This document shows positions 49,701-61,700 of a stretch of 64,000 bases of DNA, piece after piece. The DNA is from Phoronis australis (Eukaryota; Animalia; Phoronida): positions 2,771 to 66,770 of the forward strand of contig NMRA01000034.1 of the NCBI GenBank assembly GCA_002633005.1, written 5' to 3'. The notes beneath the pieces are model-generated. The model was not told where the DNA came from and ran no database searches. It saw only the letters and a program-made list of their open reading frames with translations. Numbering within the stretch: position 1 is the stretch's first letter; every line of letters starts with the position of its first letter. The translations under genes and the position numbers were made by a program.

Positions 49701-52700
49701 GACAGCGATCAACACACTGTGAATGGCCGACGGATGGGCATGCCTGCAACAATAGGGCTGAAGGATGTCTGTGCTCCACTATTGTAGCAAAAAGAGCAGC
49801 CTAGAGTAATACCCTAATCTGGCTAACTTTGGAACACTGCGTACACAGTACAAAACAAAAGTAATCAGACAAAATACTGTTTCTCATCATGATGACCAAT
49901 TCTGTTTACAGCAAACAGGACTGGTAATAACTAATAGGACAGCAAAATTTTAATTTGAGAAGGGCTTAGCTACCTCACTAACTTTCCTGTAAATTCCCCT
50001 TCATTCTCGGTCATACGGGAAGACGACTCTTTCCAGCCGTCATGACAGGGTCATTTTGTTTGAAAATTTTTGGCTTGTACTGTACTATGCTTGATACAGT
50101 GTTTTACAGTGTAAGGAAACGTTTCTAAAGTGTTTCATTTTTGCTTCAGGGGCTATCAGAAATAGAGGTTGCATAAAATGAAAGAAAAAAGATACCGTAT
50201 TCGCCGTAATAACCGCCCAGGGCGCTTAGAAAAGTTCGGTTCAAGGGGGGCGCTTATTATAAACCCAATGCGGTTGAAAACACGGTCTCCGAAACGGGTG
50301 AAATCGGAAGCTAAGATTCATCAAATTTACGTTCTCTGACGTATCTGTAATCTATGAAAGACTTCCAACAAAACTGTTGTGCATTGCTATCAAACTTTGC
50401 TGCTAAATTACGATCATTTTACAGAAAATCGTGCTGAAATCCCAAAGCGAAAACTTGCCGACTGACGGCCTCAAAATCGCCGTCTTCGATATGGCGACTT
50501 CAATGCTTGAATAAAAATAGTTTGGACTCAAGCAAATTACCTGAAATCCTCATTAAGTTTTCTAAGTAGTGTCCCTATGACTTTTTTAAGTTCCCGTGGA
50601 GTCTAGATTTACGGCAGTTTTAAGTACAAATCTGCGCAACATCGTGCCATCTACATGTATGATCGGCAACACGGCGAGAAAAATGTCTGGACGAACACAC
50701 ATGTTGTCACGTGACGTTTGTTTTGAAGTTCGTCTGCGAGTAAGCGAGCGCATGCGTGTAACCAGAGTTCATTTGACAAAGCAGAGACCGTCTTTTGGCC
50801 AGAGCCACGCAATCTAACGAGCTAGATGTGCATTGTGTCTAAAGAAATTTGCACAAGCAGTAGGCCTAAACCAGAGCGTGTTTCATTCAGCACTTGTCGG
50901 TCTCGTGCTAAAAACGTTCGACATTTGTTTCGGTAAGACCCATATTAGTCGCCGTGTAGCTGGATGCGTACGTAACTGTTCTGACAGTTATTTTTCGGTG
51001 TAAGGGTGTGTAAGCATTCGCTGTAAGTTGTCATTTTATTGGATATTCGGCTTAAAAACACCAATTATGGTTAATCAAACAATCCATCTAAAAAATAACG
51101 CAAACATGTTTTATAGTATTAGAAATTGTCGGAAATTAGGGCCAATATTCATTTCTTACCGATGCTATGCTACCCGTTTCATGAATGGATAGTTCTCGAC
51201 TAATGTCTTTGATGACAGCTAGGTTCATATATGTAGCGCGCGCTTTCTGGCCACGTGCGTTCAACACCGAGTTATTTTTATTCATGAGACAGTCGATGTG
51301 TACTGTAAGGTCAGACCATAGTGGGACACGGTCGTCGCGAAAGTAGCAACGCTGTTGCGTTCTTTTTGAAGCGCTGTGTTACTTTGAAGTGTATAGTCAC
51401 GGCTAAATACAAACGTAGCAGTGACGCTGGTGGTCTGGAAGACCCGTGCAAAACTTTTTTGATAAATTGAAGACGTTACTGTAGCCAAGTTTTAGGACTG
51501 AAGGTACGTCATTGTTCGCATGTACACGTTCTTGGACTGGGCGCTTATTCCAGCAAAGTCTGAAAACGCGTGGGGGGGGCGCTTATAGGGGCATGGGCGG
51601 TTATTACGGCGAATACGGTATTAGAAAACTGTATTACAGCAATTTTGAGATTTTATTGTGAAGTATCAACATTTATATCATATGAAATTTGATCAATTTG
51701 TTTTGGATATCAATGCCCTTTTCTTCTTTAAAGTTTACAAAAAGATACGACCATGTGACTCAATGATTAATGACATATTTGAAAAAAGTCAAAAATCAAA
51801 AAAGTCAAAAATCAAATTTGACTTTCACTGACTTAAAATCAATGATTTTGTAGATATTTGACTGAGTGAATACACAAATTGCCAGATTCTACTTAACCTT
51901 AACTTGCAAGAGTTGGTTATAGACAAGACAATGCTAAGTGTACGCGATGTTACATTAGAACTTGCATTGTTCCTCTACAATCATAAATTACCGAAGTACA
52001 ATGACAACCAACTATTTTCCCAGCCAACCTCTTGATTTTACAAGTCTTGAGTTGTATAAACCAAGTTTTATTTCTCAGTGTGTGTTAAGGTTCATCATTA
52101 TGTGCCCACACACTTTCAAAACAGTGCAAATTACGGTAACAACACACAGATCATGAAGTAAGAAATGACAGGAAATAGGCGTATGCCAAAATCCAGACAT
52201 GCTCTTAGGGGTACTTAAAGCTGCATTTCGCCCTGTGAAGCTGGATAAAATGAAATTCAAATGACTCGTTTACTTTTTCATAAAATTGATCTCATAAGAC
52301 TCTTTAACTTCACAGGTTTCCATTTCTGTTACCAACAAGATTAAATCATAATTAACTCTAGTCAGAAAAACGCTTTAGAGTTTATTAGGGTTGGCCAACA
52401 TTAAAATTGCAACTTTGCTTTTGAGTTTATTAGGCGGCCAAATTGCAAAATCAAATAAAACCATGTGCGCATTGTCTGTGATTTGAGACAGGAATCCAAC
52501 ATGGGTGAAAAACAACATGACTGGCGGACCCAAAATATGACTGCCGGTCCTTCAAATCGGACACTCATCACAAAACAGGACTTACGGGGATCAAATGTAA
52601 CTGCTGAACCAGAAAATGGGACACACCTAAAAACATGACCGTCCCACCACAAAGCAGGACTGCCAAAAATTGAACATGACCGACGAACAAAATGTTATCA

Positions 52701-55700
52701 ATACCTGTGCGTGATACTGGTTATGATGATACTTTACTCGAGAACCAGTTATCTTTGAACCACTTTTTTGACTTGACTAAAATTATTTTGTTCTAAAACT
52801 AACACAGTGGGTTGTTTAGCACAAAAATGTGCAACGTGGTTCATTTTTGGTTAGATTTGTTAATTTTAAATGTTGTTTTAGTCTCAAGGCCAGATAGTAT
52901 TGGCGCACCACTTTCCTAAAAAAAACGTGTGCTTTTATCATGTTTACTGTGTTCGCTGTCTTGGTTGGACCTACTTTCAATTATTGTTTCTATGTCATCC
53001 CAATTGAGTGGTGAGGCAGCCAAGTTTCAATCCCCGGCGGTCATGTTCAATTTCCGGCAGTCCTGTTTTGTGATGAAGCAGCCATGTTTTTGGGTGCATT
53101 GGTCTCATTTACTGGTCCGATGGTCCCATTTGATCCCCGTAAGTTCTGTTCTGTGGCGAGTAGGTCCGTATTAGAGGACTGGCGGCCATGTTTTGGTTCC
53201 AGCAGACATGTTGTTTGCCACCCATACCTAATAATGGTATGGAATATTACTTCCAGAAGTGGCTATTGGAAATATGTCCTGACTGCAGGTAGATGTTACC
53301 TTAACACGTAGGTAACTATGAACATCTGCACAACGAAGACTGGGTAACCAAAACTCTCCCTCAACGGTGGCGTCCACTGTACACGTGTGCACTCTCCATG
53401 GTTGTAAAAGTAGCAGATGACCGTCATGATGCCCCCAAATATACTTTGGCTGAAATTGCATTATTTTGTTATTATAGCCAACACTGATTGCCTGTTTCTC
53501 ATTAACCATGTCAAAAACACAGAGCTATCAATTTCAAAAATCGGTCACAATCAAAAAATAATTCAAATAAATACGGTTCTTTAAACTATTTCACTCGTTC
53601 TTCATTTATTAGCACACAGTATGTCCGACAAGTGAAATTCTAACTTGTTTCATTTCCCCACAAAAGTACAGATTAAGGACATTTTAGTCTATTACAACCA
53701 TAGTTTGCAGTACGTAGATGTGAAAACACAACAGTTGCCAATTAGTTCCCATTATTTTCAAAAAGGTAATCAGTCACTGTAAAGTGGACTAAATGATCCC
53801 TTTGACAATAATTGTTTTGGTGCAAAATGAGAGAACAAACGTATGTCCGCCAACCCGCAACAATTCCAAAATACACGACAACCCAATCCTTGAAATTAAA
53901 TAATGTAGCCAAATACTAAATACGTGATATTCAACTGTGTCAAAAATATATACTACGGTCAGATATACAAAAATAACGCCAACTACTACAAAATACAACA
54001 GAATCAGGCATACTTTGGCATTACTTTATAGCCAAGTAGAGACAACCTACTTGCAATGGATTACAAACAAATCAAAACGGAGCTTTAGTGTTGCTTTCCA
54101 CCACATTTAAATCAATTATGCTAGTTTAATAGGCAAGCGTAAAATGGTGCACACTCATTTCAACAAATCACCAACTCATTGGACATGCTATCATACCTAA
54201 GGTAGGTTCCAAACAGAAAGAACACCGCCATCATCAGTCCATTCCACAGGAATATTGAGTCTGTGTAGAAGTAGGACGGTTCTCCTAAACCTGGATAGAC
54301 AATGTGCTAATTTATGACAAATGTTAACCCGATCCCTGTTTTTACAACAGCTAATATTGAGTCGTCGTCGTCCGTTGTCAACATTATATAAATACAATTG
54401 CTAAATTAAGAAAAGATCCTGCAAACGGTTAAGGAGATACAGCCATGAGCGCAAAAAAAAAACAAAACTGCCTCTAGGAGGCCCTACAGTAGTCGAAGTT
54501 GTCAGAAAATCATCGTTAGCCATTCACGTTATATTAATGTCAATTTTCACAATTATCCTGGAAGCGAGTGGACGCCAAAAAACAGACTCAAAAAAAGTAA
54601 AAATGAACACTAGGTGGCGCAAACTACGTTAAATCCATCTCAAAATGGTGAGATGGTGTCACCTCATTAACAGATGCCTGTATGCCAAATTTTATGAAAA
54701 TACGTTGAGGACCTTTGAAGATACAGACTGAGGTAAATGTTAAAAAAAAAATAAATTGCCACTAGGTGGCACACAGGTAGTCAGATCTGTCCAGTCGTCA
54801 TCCTCTGTTGTTAACATCATATAAATACACTTAATAAATTTAGTAAAGATCCTCCAAAGTCGTCAGAAAATCATCGCCATCTGTCCACTTCATAGTAAGC
54901 ACATACATGCCAATTTTCACAATCATCTTTTGAGTGGTTTGGTTGATAGAGGGGTGGACGCAAAAAACAGTCTCAAAAACAGTAAAATGGCCACTAGGTG
55001 GCGCAAACTATGTTGAATACATCCAAAAACAAGAGAATAGCGTCATCTTACTAATAGATGCCTATGTACCAAATTTTATGAAAATCTGTTGAGGACTTTT
55101 GAAGATACACACGTAAATGTAAAAAACTAAAATTGCCACTAGGGGGCACACCGGTTGTCGGATCCGTCCAGAAGTTCGCTCGTGCCGTCCCATCCACGGA
55201 AGGAACATAAGTGCACAATTTCATGAACATATGTCAAGGCGTTTTGGAAATAGAGCAGCAGATGCCAGACGGACGGAGATGACCGCATAATGCGTCCACA
55301 TATAAATATGTGGGCACATAAAATATCAAGGCCTGCAAAATTTTTGAAAATGTGATGCAGCATTATATCTATTCCCAGTAGCCGGCCTAAATCACGTCAT
55401 AACAGTGACAAATACCTCATCAACAAACAACTGAATTATCAGCTTTAGAAAACAGAGGCACCTTCACAACTCTGTACTGGGGGTAGATTATTTCCTCGGT
55501 TGACAGACCAACACATCTTGGTCGGTTTCTTCATATATGCCATGAATGACTCGTACCATCTCTTGCCAATGGCTAGCACAACCTACCGAGAAAAATATTG
55601 AGGAACACATGAATCATGCAATCCAATCAAAATTTTTAAGAATTTTTGACATTTTTCAATTTCTCAATTACATTACATGACAATTATCAGTTTGAGGGAT

Positions 55701-58700
55701 TAATAGATTTATCATCAATATTTATAACGGAGAAATTCCAGTGATGGAATACAACTTTACTAAGCTCACACTTAGAATATTAAATTAATCTAAAGTAACA
55801 CGGACACTGCCACTAACCTCAGGGTACAAGTTGAATCTCTTTAACGTATTGATCGTCAACGGGTACTCGGTAACATTGTCATACATGATCTGATGAAGGC
55901 CATTGAAGAAAGTGGGAGATTCTATCATAGTCTTGTAATAGGAATAGTACAGACCCTGAAAGAAAATGCTGGCACTGGTCAACGTCACCAGGAAATCCTC
56001 ACTAAATTCCTCACAACAATTGCTAGAATGGCACTTTTCCAATTTTCTAAAGACGTATTACATAGTTGTGAATGCCTGCAGTGTTTCAAAACTTTGTCAG
56101 TGCTGCCATTTTTCAAAGCTCCAAATTCACAGAGTGATAATCTTTATTGTGTCGCAAGGTGTTGGACATTTTGTGTGGACGCTAGGCTCACTGGGGATAA
56201 GATTTCTAGGGTAAGTTGTTCCGAGGTAACTCCCAGTGTGGGCATGACATGAGTCCCACATTTAATGCCCTGCACTAATGGCCTCACAATGTACTATCCA
56301 GTGCTTTGAATTATTGAGCAGGGAAGCAAATCAATAAAATTGTTTGTTACAGCCGATGTTAAACAACCAATCATTGATAAGGCACGACAGGGACATGCAC
56401 TCAGGTTTCAGTCAAAATGATCTTTAGCCATCACAGGTCTAGGGTAAAGCCACCACTATACAAACATCAGGCTGTCATTATTTAGTACACGGTCAGCACC
56501 TCAGACAAACCTCCAAACTCAAACTATGAACACTACGGCAGGGAACAATGCACTGTAGACCTATTTTGCTAATGGAGGTTTGTATTTTTCCTCACAAACT
56601 CTGTTGTCTGTAATCGTCTTAAGATAAAAAATACTAACCATCTCTGTCCTAAAACATAATTCTCTTTCCAGCGTTGAAAGATGAGAAAAATGTCTATCCC
56701 GCTCAAACATATTTCTGATGTGATACCTAGGAAATAGAAACAGACTTAACTTTGAGCTCGAACCAATTTCTTTGTTTCACATCACTCATTGGTCAATTTT
56801 GCGAACTGTGCAGAATTCCAAGCACAACAGTGTACAATACGAATACTACAAGATTCAAAACCAGCACAGTGTGAAAATTCCCAGAGAAAAATAAAAGGGG
56901 ATGAAAGTGAAAGACATTTGCTGTTAATTTGTTGTTATACACAATCATTAATCAAAATTTATGAGAATGTAAAGGTGTAAATAATTCCAATGGGCCTCTT
57001 CCAACCTTTGTAAATACCATTTTCATTTCTAAGCTGTGTTCGCCCTCCATGTATTCAGACATGGTGCAGAAAAAATTGCTGAAAATTTTTATCAATTTTT
57101 CCAAAAAATCTTGTTAGCAATTTTCAGAAACCAACCATATTTAAAATACAGAACATTACCCTTGTAAAAGACAACTGCCAGCTACTACTGATACTTTGTT
57201 ATCTGATTAGTGAAAAGCAGAATAATGACATGGCATGACACTTTTATGTATTTATTTATTGTGATATTTACAATGAGGGTAACCCCATCAGTTTTCAGCG
57301 TTTTCCATGGGGGCCCTCACTTTGAATCATGTTTGGATGTTGTGTACTATTATTGCATGCAAAAATGATCGAATGATGAGTTGTTGTATACCAAATCAAA
57401 AAATTCCTTTCCACTCATAATTTCTCTATACAAAAGGTTTATTTATGTACAACTAGTATGGTAAAGGATATCCACTTTTGGACAGTGTCTAGAACTTCGG
57501 ACAAGGAAATTCCCCAAAAAATTGAATGATCTTGATTTTGGAATTTGCGAAAAGGTCAATTATGGTGTTCACCATATTCCTCAAATATCGGACAATGTGT
57601 TTTCAATCTACAGAGTGGATAATTTTGCCGTCTCCTATGATTCTTGAATTTAGGACAGCCAATATGCTAATTTCTAGAATTCGGGACAACCTCTGACCTT
57701 TACGAAAATAATTTTAAGAGTCCGGAATTGGAAAATTAGTTTAACGTATTGAATTAAAAACTTTAAACCAGACATAATGAATGAATGTGGGAAATGACTA
57801 AATTGCATAACAACCTAAAAACACAAAAATAGTTACTTAAAACTGATTGGACCGTTTTCCTGAATTAGTATAAATTTGCTTTTCAGTTAAACCACCAAAC
57901 AAAGCTGGTTGATCTGTACTGCCAATTAATCAATCCAAAGAGAGTGCACACATGTCAAATGCAATGCTAATAAATAAGCAGTCAGCTGTGTTTGAGCACT
58001 TGGCAATCTTCCCAATGAGTACAGACAAATGCACTCCAAATGCTGATACAGTTATTGAAAATCTATGCAACAGGTGCGGTAGTGTAGTAAAAATTCCTCA
58101 GTTAAGGACAGTGAAAAACCGGTTGCTTTTAGCTCTAGATTGGAGTTTCTATCAAATTTTAGAAATAGGCAATATTCAACATCTCAAAATACAAGAATTT
58201 CGATCAATGACAAAGGATCATTCACCTCTATGGTATAAACCATGGGCACGAATGAAAATGTTGCATTTGTGGCTATTTTCAATGACTTAAGTTTACTTTC
58301 AGACTCTGTTGAAGTACAAAACACCGTACCCGATACTTGACTAATATGAAGTACGTCAACATCGACCATACATCCATATTCACACTTTTCACAGGGCTCT
58401 ATGCCTAGCATAACGTCAACTCGTCAAATGCGACCTGGCAAAATTCCCAAGTCGCCAAACAGGAAAAGATGTCACCAAAACACGGTAACCCCGTATGTGG
58501 CGGTGCGAAAGTCCTCGTTTTTACAAATAACGCTTAGTTGGCAGTAGTCAAAAATGAAAAGAGGGGGACATCTACACTAAGAATGCAACGAAACTAAGAA
58601 AATTTCAGCTGGAACACCTAATGTTTTTTGATTTCAGTCAAATGGAAAATTCGAAATAAATCGTGTGCTCAGTGATGACCAAATTCCCTTAAGGCCCAAT

Positions 58701-61700
58701 ACCCCAGGCAGACTGGCTCTTACATTAGGGACTACAAAAAGCAGACAATCAGAACACATCATCTGTGCATGCTGCATGGACAGACCCTTTCAATTTGTGC
58801 TCAACAATTTTGACTCCCGTGCATTATTTTTCTGTAGTATTTCAAGCGCATGCCAACTGTTAACCAAAGGTTGTATTTGAAAAAATGGGTTATTATTTTT
58901 GAAGTTTTGACGCCACAAATTTCACAACAAAATGTAGGTGAATTGATTCTTATTCATCTGACTAAGTACTTGGTTGTAACAAAAATCCAGCTATTTGAGA
59001 TTTTTACGAAGTCGCCAAACAAAACCCGAGGGTACATTTAGTGGTATTTGGTGAGTAGTAGGTGGCTAAATTGATATCTGTTTCAGAATGAAACATCAAT
59101 TTCGGCATCCCAAATTTTACAAACTGTCCTAAACTGGAGAATTTTACCTTTAATTTGCAATTTGTACCAATCGACAAGCAGATTTTTTATAGCTAGGCAA
59201 ATTTATAAAAGTAACTTCAAGCCTAACAAATCACAAGTATCAAAAAGGATTGTCATCAACTTCACTAATACATTCATGTACAACCAAAAATCATAACTAA
59301 TGGCATCTTTTGAGATCAGACGGTAAATACACTATGAAACAAACCACACAAAATACCATTTCCCAGTCGTGACAAAACAGTGAAAATGACTGGTAATAAC
59401 CATCAAGGCACCAAACGTCTAATAACAGAATGGTTTGGCCACTTTACTAACTTTCCTGTTTATTCCCCTACAATCTCAGTCAGCAAGAAAGACTACTTTG
59501 ACAGTGAATTTGGCTGCTGCCTAGCCGCCATGATGGGGAGTTCCGGGTCATTTTGTATGAAAACTTTTGGCTTGTACTGTAGCAAGACTTACCAATGTAT
59601 GTAACCAGTGCAGCATGCTAGAAAAAGAAGAAATAATAGTTAGTATGAAAATGCAAATCAATTATATTTAACAAAAAGTATGCGCTATTTCTGCATAGTA
59701 TTTTACAACCAGTAACCCTTTGGATTGCAAGGGTGCAGTTTTTTATGAAATTGGTTTTTGTCCAACTTTGTATCTCTTGTCTTCAACCAGAGCAATCCAA
59801 AGCCCTACATATTTTTTCAGGTTTTCACCCTGTCCTTGACTGAAGTCAGGTCAATGACTGAAATAGACCAAAGCACAACATGCACTTTGCCCACAACAGT
59901 TGTGTGTCCTCAGTGCAATCCTACAACTGGTGTCAAGGCAGCGGTTATAGAGTGGAAAACACTCAGTCTATTGAATTGCTCTGGGTTAAAAGAAAGTGAA
60001 ATAAACACAATTAACCTAATATTACCATAAACTAGAACCTTGTTTGAACAAAACTGGTAACGACAGCAACATCATTGCTATTATCACATTACCAAAAAAA
60101 ATCTCCCCCATTTTGGCAAATATAATTATCAAAATGCCCCCTTTTCAATTTTCAAAGGCTTCTAACATATTAGATAAATGCCCGTAGCTTTTCAAACTTT
60201 GTCTGGTGTAGTAAAAAAAACTTGAACAAGGAAAACCATTTAATCTGGTGCTACATGTTTCATAGAAAATATGATAAAATAAATTTCACTTGCTGGCCGT
60301 AGTGTGTCCAAAAGTGACGGGACTTTACTGAACTCTGCACCTGGAGTAATCCTGTGCATCAACCTTGAGTGTTATAAAACTAATTACAGGGAGTCTGACA
60401 CACGTTGTACCAGACGGGCGAAGGCTGCTCTGGTGGGCCCATTGCACTGATCATCTGGAACCATTTATTGTGCTTTAATAGATTAAAACCGGGCTGAGGA
60501 CCTGGGGACCTGACTCAAGGGTCTAGCAGTGTACTCCAGTGGGACCCAAACCTACAGCCTTGAGTACAGAAAGCCGACACCTATCCCACTTGGCCACACT
60601 GTCTCTTCCTTGTGTGCCATAAAGTAGAGTCAGGTTTCCTTTTTCACAAATTCTCAAAATTGTCAAAGCTGGTTTTACTTTGAAGTAACTTAAACTTGAG
60701 TTATTGAAATACCAGCAAATTCAATTAAAAAATCAGTCTCAGCTAGCTGGCTCACAACATAGAAATACAAATATTGTGCAAGCGTTAAGCTGATAATTGT
60801 TTCCACCTTATCCCAGTTTTCTGTCCTCAAGGGCATGATGAACTACTTCGAAGATGTACAAAACGTACTGAAGTTTACTGGTTTTATGCACCATAGTCAT
60901 TATTTAACATTACTGTGATTATTAAAGTATGATTAAAATCTCCAAAACGCGCAGTAAATTTTCCACGTGAACTCCTACGATGTCACAAGACATCAATACA
61001 ATGTCAGCTGATAGTCGTTAACTGCAACACTAGGATTTTTATGTGGATCAGTTAAACTGTTTGATTTGTCCAACATGTCATCCAGTGATGCACAATCAGC
61101 TTAGACAATCATTGACATATGGAGATGTCTCCAGTGGGTTGCCAGTGTTACAACACAGCATTTCTAAATGATTTATCATGGATAATACATGATATACATG
61201 ATATACAGCATAGTTTCACTTATCAGCACTCATCAATACGTGGGACTTGAAAAGTGGGAGTCCAAATTCACAAGACTGACACCCACCCGGTGAGATACGA
61301 TGATTCCCTGGGAGATCATCCTGACGTCACAAGACAAGAAAGTTTTCTGCCAGCATTTGCCGCTCGTCAGTGAGGCATTTGTGGTAAAAATACTTAATAG
61401 TTTTGTGATTTTGATTTACGTATGAATATTTATCGAACTAAAACAAGGAATAGTAGCTTCAATTAATCAGAAACGCAAAAATTCTTCATTTTGGTGTCCT
61501 TTTTACCAAGGTTGTTGTGAAACACGCCATCTTTTTTTCTTAGGCGTGCTGTCCAGGCAGTTGTTTTATAAAACTGTCCGTGCTAATGACAGCCACTAGA
61601 TGAGTCCCTGTTTATCAGTCTCATCTTAATAGTTTGCAAGTAGGGTTTTAAGCAAGGGTCACCGGATATATGAGTATGATTCTACCACATGGAGCCTGCT

